This document shows positions 25,701 through 37,250 of a stretch of DNA of 64,000 nucleotides, in pieces. Position 1 is the stretch's first letter. The number at the start of each line of letters is the position of its first letter. The stretch spans positions 72,604,001 to 72,668,000 of the forward strand of contig NW_024704742.1 of assembly GCF_018977255.1 (NCBI RefSeq), given 5' to 3'. Both the position numbers and the translations under genes were made by a program. The notes beneath the pieces are model-generated. The model searched no databases and was not told the origin of the DNA. It saw only the letters and a program-made list of their open reading frames with translations. The DNA comes from Callorhinchus milii (lineage: Eukaryota).

Positions 25701-26019
25701 GCAAAGGAGGTGAAGTTCCATTTTGGGGAAATCCATTTTGCATAGCTTGGTAACAAATACTTCCAGTCAGCTGCTGCGCTTACACTTACACAGAACAGAT
25801 ACCAGCAGAGAATCCAACACGATGAGATACACCGGCTCTCTGTGCTAGATGTTGTCAAGGATTGGTACGTTAGTGAGTTTCAAAACAGGCACTAGGGATA
25901 GTGTTCTCTCAATCCAAAGTCTTGTCATTGACGCTAATAGAAATCGGCCTTTGTAAAATCGCAGTTCACCATTACAAAGAAACGCACATACAGACAATGA
26001 TGCAGTCTCAGTGACTTAC

Positions 26020-26220
26020 CTGTGACTGGGGCTTCAATATCCAGCATGGTCTTCTCCTGACGAAGAATGGATGCTCCTTCTGTTATAATCCTCATAGCGA
26101 CAGTCTCATCCACCCGGCCTTCCTTGGTAAGGTGAGCCTTGAGAACATCCACACGAGGCTTCCCATCGTGATCAAAAACCTCCTTAATAGTAAGCCGGTG
26201 GTTTGGAGGAAAGGGGACAG
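26020..26220 (-). CDS. PPP3CA: Internal coding exon (exon 2 equivalent) of serine/threonine-protein phosphatase 2B (calcineurin A) catalytic subunit, alpha-like
   Basis: Translates as (A)[66 protein letters not shown], the calcineurin A N-terminal segment. KEVFD.DGKPRVD.LKAHL and [13 protein letters not shown] favour PPP3CA over PPP3CB/PPP3CC. Canonical acceptor ttttccttcattacAG (AG at 26222-26221) and donor ACAG|GTAAGT (GT at 26019-26018). 201 nt, phase 1-1. The paralog call is less certain than the family call. Confidence 0.93.
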
Positions 26221-27729
26221 CTGTAATGAAGGAAAACAATCATTATCCGATGCCATGAGAAAGAACCCAACTCAGATTTGATACTGTCTCTTTAGTCTTA
26301 AACACACATACTACTTAAATTGGAGATATAATTTCAAAATACTTTTACAATATTTAATCACAGAGAACTGGGCTCAAGCAGGAAAATGGGATTAGATTAG
26401 GTGCTTTCTGTGGAGAAAACCACCAGTGCAGACTTGATGGTCCAAATGAACTAGTTTACCTGCTGAACCACTCAGTAATTCAAACTTGTTTAATTACTTT
26501 AAGTTGGCTTCCTAAAGCTTGCTGGGTCAACTCATCTCAAAAGGTTGGCTAGGACTTTGAGCTCGGCATAAAATGGTGTCTCATGTTAATTAAAACTAAA
26601 CTACCAGTGAAATCCCAACACCCTTTGAGGACCCTAAATTAATTATGTAGGTTTCTATACGTTCAACCACTTTTTGACTTAAGCCCAGGCACACATAAAC
26701 ATCCACCTGACAACCACCCACCAAAGCCCACAACACTGAAGTACATCCAAGTCGAACATTGTACAAATACTGCAGCCAGCTATTGAATATCAATGCTTCC
26801 AGAGACCTGCAACTCTTAAGCAAATACTGTCTGTAGAAGAGAAGCATGGAATTGGCAAGTAGATAATAATTTCAACATAGTTAATAGAAGATGACTGATG
26901 GTAGATAAGTAGAGACGGCAACAGTTAGGGGATGCAATCCTGGTGCTTGTTCTGAATCCCAAGATTTCGGAGGTTTAATACCCCAAATCCCAGGATGCTA
27001 AATTTTGCCTCATAAAAATGCCAGGGAAGTCAGCCAACAATGCAGGCGCTGAGCCAGTCACTGACTCATCTCCCTCCCCATCTACCTCAGCAACACAGCA
27101 GCCTGACAAGGGACTGACCAAGACAAGGAAGAGAAGGGGATTAGTGATGGGCAGATTTATTTGTGAGTAGAGGAAGAGGCACATATGGAAAGAGCGACAG
27201 AAAACAAGTCATTGGGACATAGAGAGAGCGACAAACACAGTATATAAAAGAGGGAGAGAGATACACAGGAGAGACACTGACAGAAAGCGAGAAACAAAAT
27301 GACAGAAGGTGACCAAATGGGAATTGTATGGAATTGAGCTGACCAGAATCCAACATGGTATTTGAAAAGTTTGGAACTCAGAACTATAATTGTGTGGTCA
27401 TTTAATGCTCATGGCATGTGTGCAAGCAGAATTGATGGAAACCACTAAGGTTGTAGTCACTGTAAGTATGAAACAGAGGCTCTTTAAATCCCCCTAATTA
27501 AAATCATACTCAACGGTTCCTGGTTATATAAAAATCAACCCCACAATGCTGTACAATACAATACACAGAAATTAAAATCTGTCAGCAGGGAGCTGGGGCT
27601 AGATCAAAGGTCTACCCATTTCTGATAGAAATGGGACAGGAGAGAAAGGGAAAGCTTGCAGGAGAGGAGGAATGCTCCATTCTCTCTGCTCACCTCCAGT
27701 AGTAGGACACAGCTCAAATACTAACTCAT

Positions 27730-30034
27730 GCTCAATCACAGTTCAACAACTTCATCCAAGGCCAGTCAAAGTGATGAAAGAATACAAAGAGCAGGAGGAA
27801 GGATGCTAGGACATAGTAGCAAGTGCACGTGCAGCCGAGTGAATCAGCAGTCAGTTTTAATCTTGTATAAAGAATCACTTTCAGGTATTCATCCAGCAAA
27901 TGCAGCCAACTGTACAATTGCAAAACCTCCTGCTCAAATATTGCACCCCAGTATGAGGAAGACAGGCATTGATCATACCCATCCACTCCTGGCTTTGGCA
28001 TCTCAGCACTTTCGCTTCCAAAGCTTCTTGAAAGAAGACAGTAGCCCCATACCCACAGACTTCAGAGCTATCTTATCTCAGCTGCATCACAACCTTAATC
28101 CACAAACGATTGAAACATTTGAATTGACGAAAGAATATGAAGACTTTCTGAACCGGTATGAGATCTATACCAGCAAAATGCGAAAATGGGATCAGGGGAA
28201 GACAGTGATGTTCTGAATCCTTTACATTGATCTGGTTGAACTCTTTCTATTATTCAGCAGGACACGCCATACCAACAACTTGGAACAGTGTATATATAAT
28301 CTTGGGAAGATGTGTCCATTATTCTTTGCCGTTGGTCATTCAAATTATGCAAAATGGACGCCACTGAACCATCCCATTTTGCTCAATATGGAGAATACAC
28401 AACCAGCCGTAAGAGAAATCTTGGACAGTCGTGCTTTAATTGTCAGGCGCAATTCCTTTGCAGATATCCAGTTGATCTCACACCTGAGCAAACCGTGAAT
28501 GCTGAAGCAGCATCGTGACTAACTGGGATTGCTACATTTAGTCAGTATATTTTCAGCAATAAAGCCCTGGATGATTAAATGATCAATGTGCTTCACGATA
28601 GTTGGGCATCTTTTGTCTAAAGCAGATATGGACAAAAATAAGGAAGTTGGCCAAGAAAGAAAGTGCTTTTGAACATCACGAGATAACTCGGACTTCAAAA
28701 AATGAATCAGCGTTATACGACTACAATATTTTGCACACAAAACACACAGTCACTACACTTTATAGTATATTCTGTGAAGCGCTTTAAGACATCTCGAAGG
28801 TGTGATAAGGCATTGTATCAAATTCAAGGATTATTATTATTACTACTACAATGGATCCCTTCGCAGAGAATTCATGTGATGATAATCTCTACTGCATATC
28901 AACAGGTTGTGTTATGTCTAAGGATGTAAGCGACGAACTGACTAACTGATGAGAAAGGTCAGAAATAGTAGGAGGAGTTTCACAAAGGATGCTTTACAGA
29001 TTCTTTTCGTTTTGAGTAACCTATTCCTTATCAGAGGGTGAAGAATTTTGCTTCAGCAGCAGTAACTGTAAAGTTGGAAATAAACGATCGGCGAATTCAG
29101 GATTTGCAGGGGATAACAGATTTATTTGGACAACTGCTGCATCTTGCAACTGTTTATGGAAGTGGACCTATTGAACGTTTTCAGCTTTCCATTGACACCA
29201 GTGCCACTATCTCTAGCTCAGATTGATGGCGCCATGATCGAAACAGGCAATTCTAAGGTCATGGCGAAAATGGAAGCCAAAATCACAAGCAAATCACCTG
29301 TGTCTACTGATGTTTGCATCTTGGATGCCATGTTCCTGACGCAATTCTTGACAAATTTGCGAGTAACATTTGGTGGTGTTGCCAGAAAAGCAGGATAGAT
29401 ACACTTTGTCTGTGATACATACAAGAATCTATCAATAAAGAAAATCAAAAGAAACAAACGAGGCCCCATAATCAATGAGTTGAATGTTTCTGAACCTAAA
29501 CAAAGCCAACCTAAAGATTTTCATAACACCCTACATTCAGGAGCTTTCAATATGTCATTATTGTTGTTTCTAACTGATGAACGGCAAAATGCCATATGTA
29601 CATCAATATATATGATCAGAGGTGTACATAGGTCTTGACAAAATAGTTTACCTTTTCTACATACAAGAGGGTATTATGATTCGAGAAGACTCAACTGTGT
29701 ACATGAAGAGGCTGATACCAGGATAGTGCTCCACTTGTTTAATGTGACAAGGATCCTTGAGATACAAAATATAGTTCTGCACTGTTATGATACTGATCAG
29801 CTGTGCATCTCTTGCAAAAGAGATGGACAAGTAAAGCATTTGATTAAGAAACAATGCAACAAGTGGAAACAAAAAATGTCACTTTCCATCACAGTGATCT
29901 GGGAGGTGCTGACCAAAGAATAATAAACATTCCCACCAATTCTGGGGCAAGACCTTCAGCAGTATCTGGAAAAAATATGTGCACTTTCCTTCCGGGCTTC
30001 TAAAGGTCATTTTTCTTGTTTTGGACACACCCTC
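27730..30034 (+). mobile_element. Degenerate Academ-like (AcademX-type, transposase plus XPG/PIN nuclease) DNA transposon fossil
   Basis: Collinear broken frames: HPLLALASQHFRFQSFL, F*ILYIDLVELFLLFSR, MCPLFFAVGHSNYAKW, PVDLTPEQTVNAEAAS, FPLTPVPLSLAQIDGAM, CILDAMFL, IHFVCDTY...SIK, HEEADTRIVLHL (~29702-29737), CYDTD. The D.M / EAD / DTD acidic motifs fit an XPG/FEN1-type nuclease. Many stops and frameshifts; ends uncertain. Confidence 0.72.
28735..28845 (+). mobile_element. SINE 3' fragment inserted in the Academ-like fossil
   Basis: cagtcactacactttatagtatattctgtgaagcgctttaagacatctcgaaggtgtgataaggcattgtatcaaattcaaggattattatt. Confidence 0.85.
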
Positions 30035-30067
30035 ATTTTTCTATGTAAGATCCTAACTTCACAGAGT

Positions 30068-31342
30068 ATCGGCCTGGCTCAGTATTAGCACTCTCACCTC
30101 TGAGTCTGAAAGTTGTGGGTTCGAGCCCCACGTCAGGACTTGAAATCACACTGTCTAAGCTGACAATGCAATGCTGGAGTTTGTTTTGCATTGTCAGAGG
30201 TGTTGTCTTTTGAATGATGTTAAACTGAGGTCCCATCTACTTGTTCAGGTAAATGTTAAAGATTCCATGGAACTATTCGAAAAGAGAAGGGAATTTCTCC
30301 TGATGTTCTCACTAAACAAAGGGCAGTGACTGATCACCAGTCAGACTTGGCAGTCAAGCCGAGGACCTGTTCGATTGGAGGGTTGTCTCCCTGCTTTGGA
30401 TTGTGTGATAGGCTCTATTTCTGTGGTTACCATTATCATTGAGGTTGTGTTTGTCTTAGGATCTTATTGCCTTCAGTTTTGGGGGCGGAGAGTGCAAGGA
30501 GTTAATTAGCCAGGCTTGGTGACTTAACCAAGACAATGTCAAAGGTCCATCATCTGGCATTTTTCCCAAACCAAATCTATACAGTTATATGTGTGTTTTC
30601 TGTGGATCGTGTGCGTGTGTAGATGGTGTATGTGTGTGCAGGGGAATGTGTGAGGTGTGTGAGTGAGTGTGTCTCTCTCTCCCGTTTCACTTGCGTACAC
30701 TCCTCTCCAGGTAGAAACACAAGGGAGAAAGACTAAAACTGGCAGAAACTCATGGGTTGTCCTCCCAGTTTTGTTCACTTCCTGGTCTCTCTTGGGAGTC
30801 CCATAACGTGGTGGTCAGAGCACTTGTCTTGCAAGTAAGAGGACCCGGGTTCGATTCCCGGGCAGGGCAAAACCTTAGGCAAGTTTCCTTACGACTCCAC
30901 ACACCTCTGTTTACCTAGCAGTAAACAGGAACCTGGTTTTTAGTTGATTGACGGATCGCTTTCCGGGAGTAATAATCCCTCCCCTCCAAAAATGAGTAAT
31001 TTAGTCACTCAATCCACGACTGTTTGTTGGACACTGTGGTGCACAATTGGCTGCCATGTTTCATCCACAAAATACAGTCAATTCACTTTACAGTATATTA
31101 TGTGAATTGCTTTGAGACATCTCAACAATGTAATAAGGTGCTATATCAAATGCAAGGAGTATTATATTATTATAACAAACAAAATTGGTCACTCACTCCA
31201 TGACTGTTTATGAGACATTGCTGTATGCAACAAGCTGCCAAGTTTTGCCCACAAATATACACTTTTCAGTATATCCTGTAATACACTTTGATATGTCTCA
31301 ATGACATGATAAGGTGCTACAGCAAATGTAAGGATTATTATT
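30068..31342 (+). mobile_element. Old Deu-domain SINE split by nested insertions (5' part 30068-30310, 3' part ~31175-31342)
   Basis: tRNA head ggcctggctcagtattagcactctcacctctgagtctgaaagttgtgggttcgagccc and Deu core to 30310. The Deu 3' part resumes at aaattggtcactcactccatgactg after the young SINE. Confidence 0.7.
30794..31172 (+). mobile_element. tRNA-derived SINE, long form
   Basis: gggagtccc...gtggtcagagcac...gggttcgattcccggg, central block cctctgtttacctagcagtaaacaggaacc, and tail. Confidence 0.88.
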
Positions 31343-33252
31343 AGTTAAACATAAACCTCAACTGAGCTGCATTATCTGAAAGCAAAATGTGTGTGATTTG
31401 TACATTCAGAAGCCAGCTGCAGGCCTTTCTCTATCCACTGTTCACCTTAGGTCTAAATTTGATGACTTAAATCTGTGTAGCCAGCAACAATTGTATTAGG
31501 TAGTCTTCAATTTCCAATCTTAATTACATCTTTAATGCAGAGCAACTGACATCAACATGTTTTCTGAAGACCTGTCAGGTATGAAAAGTTTAATAATAAG
31601 CTGAAGTTAAAATTACTTTGTTCGTTTGCAATACACCTTCAAACCTAACTGCAGTGTAGCTGCAGAGAAACTGATCTAGGACTACTATGTGAGATGAACA
31701 ACGAGCATTGACATTGAGTTCATTTGTGACATTGGAAACTTGGGAGCTCAAAGTAATAGCAATTCAGAAGAAAATAGTCTTGAAGGAGCAGGTTTAATCA
31801 TCCTGAGTTTTTTGGCAAGCAGCATATCTCTGAGCACAATACTCATACCCAATTACTTAACGAGGAAAATACTGCAACCTGCATAACCCCCTTTCCTGCA
31901 GCTCAAAAAGACGAGAGACAGCAAAGCCAAACCAAGGAAAGTTTTCTTCAGCATGGATCACTCTCTATCTGATGGCATAAGCACGGACAATCCACTCTTT
32001 GCGCACACACCCCCTACAGTGGTTACAATTTTAACACAATTCTGTTCCATTTAAAAGATGGTTCCAGCATTACTATGTTTCCATTTCAGAAGAATACATC
32101 AGCAGTGGTCAGATCATCCCACTTTACAAGAAAGCTTGTAAAGCTACTAGAGTGCTCATCACAAGAGCACAGAAATGAAAGGATTCCCTTTGAACAGTAC
32201 TGTGATCACTGTTCATCCTACACTTTGAACCTTGAGTCGTCGGCTTATTATTGAAGATCATCACCACTGCAATTAAGAAAGCTGTTTCTGGGAACAGATA
32301 ACACACCAACTAGCCTGACTGACAGCCAGGACCAGGACTCCCATTTGATCCTCATACCCATCACCACCTAATTCAAAATCAAAATGCATATATTAAAAAG
32401 AAAACCACATAATAACCTGCATCACAAGACTAGTTTGGATGAAGAAGATCCTTTTTGACCTAACTGATCTAATTCCATCTGTTCCAGAACAGATGGAATT
32501 CAAGATCCTCACACTCACCCATGAATCACTTCATGCCGGAGCACCTCCCCATCTCTCCAATCTGCCCACACCCCACTCATCTACTTGCCTTAGCCAGTTC
32601 CTGCCTTCGAGTTGTCCCATCACATCTTCAGCCATCGGCAGGCGTGCTTTCAGCCACTACGTTTGAACTTCCGGAATTTCATGCCTCAAACCCTGTGCCT
32701 CTGTACAGTTGCAGCTTCAGCAGTGATTTAAGGTGCCTCACAATTCCATGAGTATGGACACCCGTTTGTACCTCTTCCATCTCCTTCTTTTATTGATATG
32801 AATGGATATGGCATGACCATGCAATTTGACCATGTGAGTCTTGGCATCGTGTAGAACTTCCCACACCAGTGGCCATTATTCACGTGTGAGCCCAGCTAGT
32901 TGAGAGAGCACCATACATGCACTTGATCTACTCAACATCCACCTCCAGCACAGATCTCTGAATAGTGACAGGATGGATCCGGCCAGTATTCCAGTCCCTA
33001 ACCAAGAACGCCCAGTTCAAATGTAGCTGTCCAACTACTAACTCGACCACTTATCAGTTAACTTGAAGTTATAACTGTACGGATGCACTGAATGGTGCCT
33101 TTACCCACTCAAACCATAAGGGAGGGACCCTCGGAGAAGCATTATTATGAATTAGAAACCTGATCCCCAAATAAATCTCTGACTTTCAAATTCACACTTT
33201 TAGAAGTGACAGAGTGATTATGAAAATCAGGGTTTTTCATTTTAGTTGGTAC

Positions 33253-33760
33253 TACAACAACAAGATTCCATTTATAGACTGCCTTTCACGTCGGGAGGAC
33301 GTCCCAAAGCGCTAGACAGTTGGGTCAGGATCCAAGCAGTGGGAAAATGGTAAGGGTGAGGGGAGGGAAGGGAGGGAGCGAGGAGGGGGAAAATGGTAAG
33401 GGTGAGGGGAGGGAAGGGAGGGAGCGAGGAAGGGGGAAATGGTCAGGGTGAGGGGAGGGGAGGTGAGGGGGCGAGGAAGGGGTAGAGAGTCGAGAGGGGA
33501 GCTGAAGGCACGGTCAAAGAGAAAGGTCTTGAGATCGGCCTTGAAGGAGGAAAGGGAGGAAGCGGCGAAGGCACTGGGGGATAGAGTTCCAGAGCCTACG
33601 GTCTGAGAGGCTGAAGGCCTGGCCACCGATGGTAGGGCAGTTGGGGCGGGGGATGTGGAGCAGACCGGAGCCAGAGGAATGGAGGGTACGGACAGGTAGA
33701 TAGGGGGATAGTAGGTCGGAGAGAGCAAGGCCGTGAATGGCCTTGTAGGCGAGGATGAGG
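33253..33760 (-). mobile_element. Young L2 LINE 3' fragment
   Basis: Reverse complement closely matches 36259-36741; (AAC)n tail at 33253. Internal tandem repeat of a ~40-bp unit in the 3' UTR. Confidence 0.92.
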
Positions 33761-35879
33761 AGGGGATGAGAAGTACTAGATGTACTTAAGACACTTACAC
33801 ATGGACAATTTTATATCCTTACTAACAAAAAATGAATTTCATGGAAAATGACTTAGGCTGCAGAATGATAATGAGCAATAACATTTTATTTCCACAAACC
33901 CCTTTTTTAAATTGATTAAAGCTTGACAGTAGCCAAATCTGAAATATTAAAACATATTCATCCAAGATACGGTGCAAATACCATTTAGTGTGGGAGATTC
34001 CGCAATAAGATCCAATTTGCTAATAATTACTAGCATTTGATTCCATAATGTATACTGAATTATCTGTGCTCAGGTTCTAAACCTTCACCCTACCACCCTG
34101 CTAACTGAAACGTTAAGCACTGGCGGGTATTTATCATATGGACTGAATAAGTTTACAAATCTGTCCTTTGTCAAAATGGCAAATATAATCAGACTAAATA
34201 CAACGATACAGCGGAATGGCTTTCCTTCTCAGCTGCTCCTTCCGACAACAATCAAAACTTGCATTCATAAAGTGCCTTTCATGTCAGGAGGATGTCCCAA
34301 GGCCAACCACAGAATGTGCACTGTGAAGCTAAATTTTTCCCTCCCATTCCAGCCTCATTAGTACACTTGACATTTTCCTTTTCTATACAATACTCACACT
34401 TAAAACTGCACTTTATCACATCAAAAAATAATCCCTCCAAAACAAAATAATAAATTGGTTCAAGCGTTTCACAAAGTTTTATTGTGAAGTGTAGTGACTC
34501 TGTATTTGTAGATTAAAAAAGCAGCCAATTTGGGGACAGCAATGTCCCACAATCACCCATGAAGTGAATAAACATTTGTTTTTAAAAATCTTGGGGAGTA
34601 TTATTCAAGACACTGGGAGAAACTCCCTTCTGTTTGCAAGTACTGCCAAGGGATATTCAATGTTCAGACTATTCAGATGAGATGTGTGCATCAACAATAA
34701 AGTTTTCATGGGACATCTGTTACAGGGAGGCACAGCAATACTCAGCTCATTACGGAAGCAGTTAACTATAGTTTAGCAAGGAATGTAACAATGTCAGTTC
34801 CTGGTAATGTGACCAGAAGGATTCATTAAACAGCCCATAAAATCTTAAAATGGCAATTAAAGTAGGAAATAGCATTTTAGTTGACAAATATACATTACAA
34901 TATTAGACCAGACATCTTCAGTGTGTGGCTAGTTTAGCAATGGCCTCCTTCTCTGCTTAACTTTCTATGAAATAACCGATTTTTGCTTACATTCAACAGG
35001 TATTTAAGACCATCACACATGACGCCAGACTAATGGTTCCTTGGGATAGGTTATGCAGCTGGTCAGTTGCAGGATCTTGTAAATGAAAACAACTTCACTT
35101 TGACTAAAACAATAACTGGTATGTTAGTCAATGTTGTGTGCGTGTCCTCAAGAAGCCTCTATTCTACACTTTGGATGATGGATAACTGACAGGTGAGCAT
35201 AGACAGCGCAGGGGGAGATTCCTGATTACCCCACACACACCTTCCAAGGCCCAGGTGAAGACCCCCCCACACACACATACACGCACCTTCTCTCTCTCTG
35301 AGGCCCATGGTAAGATCTAATCCACCAAGGTGCTGTTTTTCCTTTTACACAAGTCATTTCTGTGCTCATCTCTAAATGCAGGATCTGGCTGGTCTCTACA
35401 TCACAACTACGATTTACTGTCTCTACAACAAATTCTAAATATCTAGTAAGCATGAACGCATTTCTAGATTAAAAAGAACAGATGCTTAGATTTCCAAGAT
35501 AATATTGTATCTTATCTAATTTATTGTACTATTTCACAGGTTCACCTGCAGCTTACCTCTCCATAGGATGGCATGGAGTGGACTTCAATCATCTTCTAGA
35601 AAATGAAAGCTGAGTGGATATGCTACCAAGAGACCAAAGCACAACGGGGAGCTCAATAACACTGGCACTTCAACTCAGGGGAAAGATTATTATTTCACTC
35701 AAGGCTCAATTTATCTGATACTCCATGTTATGGGAACAACAGAGTACATGCTGGGATTCCTGTATGCAAATTCAGCTTGTTGCTTTGATTTGTAAAACTG
35801 ACAATTGTTGTCCATTAGATGTAATTTAGCAAAGCCTATCTGTTCTAATCTCTGAGAATTGGCAGCTACCTGAAATGCA

Positions 35880-36125
35880 TGAAGAATTTTTATTTGGGGG
35901 ATTGTTGGCTAGGACACCAGGAAAAACTCCCTTCTCATTTCGAATAGTGTCATGGAAGCATTAACATCCACCTGAACAGGCAAACAGGTCCTCAGTTCAG
36001 CACCTTATATGAAGGATGGCATCCCCAGCTCTGCAATAGAGTGTCAGTCTAAACACTGAATTCAATGTCTTGAAATGGGGCTTGAACCTACAACATTCTG
36101 CCTCAGCAGTGAGAAGTACTAACAA
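35880..36125 (-). mobile_element. Old Deu-domain SINE fragment
   Basis: aaaactcccttctcatttcgaatagtgtcatggaagcattaacatccacctgaacaggc...ggggcttgaacctacaac. Confidence 0.7.
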
Positions 36126-36258
36126 TCCTAATACCTCGAGTTCCAGCAGCCAAGAAACATCTGCCTGAGCCAACCCATTGTAAAGGGGTGGGCAGCCATG
36201 CAAATCTTTCTGGTTGGTAATGAAGCAATCCTCAGTAAGTGTAGTCATTTAATATCTA

Positions 36259-36741
36259 CCCTCATCCTCACCTACAAGGCCATTCACGGCCTTGCTCCCT
36301 CCTACCTCTCCAACCTACTATCCCCCTACCTACCTGCCCGTACCCTCCGTTCCTCTGGCTCCGGTCTGCTCCACGTCCCCCGCCCCAACCGCCCTACTAT
36401 CGGTGGTCGGGCCTTCAGCCTCTCAGCCCCGAGGCTCTGGAACTCCATCCCCCAGTGCCTTCGCCTTGCTTCCTCCCTTTCCTCCTTCAAGGCCGGTCTC
36501 AAAACCTTGCTCTTTGACCGTGCCTTCAGCTCCCCTCTCGACTCTCTTCCTCCTCCTCGCTCCCTCCCTTCCCTCCCCTCACCCTGACCATTTCCCCCTC
36601 CTCTCTCCCTCCCTTCCCTCCCCTCACCCTGACCATTTCCCCCCTGCTCGGGTCATGACCCAACTGTGCAGCGCCTTGGGACGTCCTCCTGACGTGAAAG
36701 GCGCTCTATAAATGGAATCTTGTTGTTGTTGTTGTTGTTGT
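36259..36741 (+). mobile_element. Young L2 LINE 3' fragment
   Basis: LILTYKAIHGLAPSYLSNLLSPYLPARTLRSSGSGLLHVPR...GGRAFSLSAPRLWNSIP...FKAGLKTLLF, then the stem-loop and (TTG)n tail. Confidence 0.93.
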
Positions 36742-36963
36742 ACACATAGCCACAACTTACCATGCAATACACCAGGTTATAAAACAAGTTTGTTAAACTT
36801 TACACTGGTTATTTAAAGGAGTAATGAGCTGTATGCAATTGCTAAACTGATTGCAACACTTTATTACTATGCCAGTATCTAAATTAGGAAGGAATGAGTA
36901 CTGGAGTCTGTCTGTGTTGGTAATCCCTTCAAAGAGAATAGTATAGCAGGCAAAGAACTCACT

Positions 36964-37250
36964 ACAACAACAACTTCACGTGGGTAGCATCTTGAAGTGC
37001 TTAACAATAGTGGAGTTTGATGCTGAGCCAGAGAGTGGGGAGAGGGGAGAAGGTGATCGTAGCCCTGGTCGAAGAGGAAGGTCTTCAGGTGCGATCTGAA
37101 GATGAGCAAGGTGGAGGGATTGAGGCAGGGAGTTCCAGAGTTTTAGGGCATAGGTGCTGAAAGCCCGGCAACCAATTGTGGAATGGAGGGGACGAGGACG
37201 AGGGATGTGCAGGAGGCCGGAGCTGGCTGAGTGAAGGGGTAGGTAGATGA
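36964..37250 (-). mobile_element. Older L2 LINE 3' fragment
   Basis: Translations IGCRAFSTYALKLWNSLPQ and FRSHLKTFLF; acaacaacaac tail. Confidence 0.82.

Noticed and set aside
1..26019. Calcineurin exon 3 ([20 protein letters not shown]...)
   Set aside because: Not found by eye on the minus strand. The recurring tttgtgggacatt strings resemble its start but belong to SINEs. It presumably lies outside the window, though I could have missed it.
25934..26239. ORF-track boundaries for the calcineurin segment
   Set aside because: The N-terminal MFSFIT and the C-terminal KSLRLHH... are intronic read-through. The splice sites define 26020-26220.
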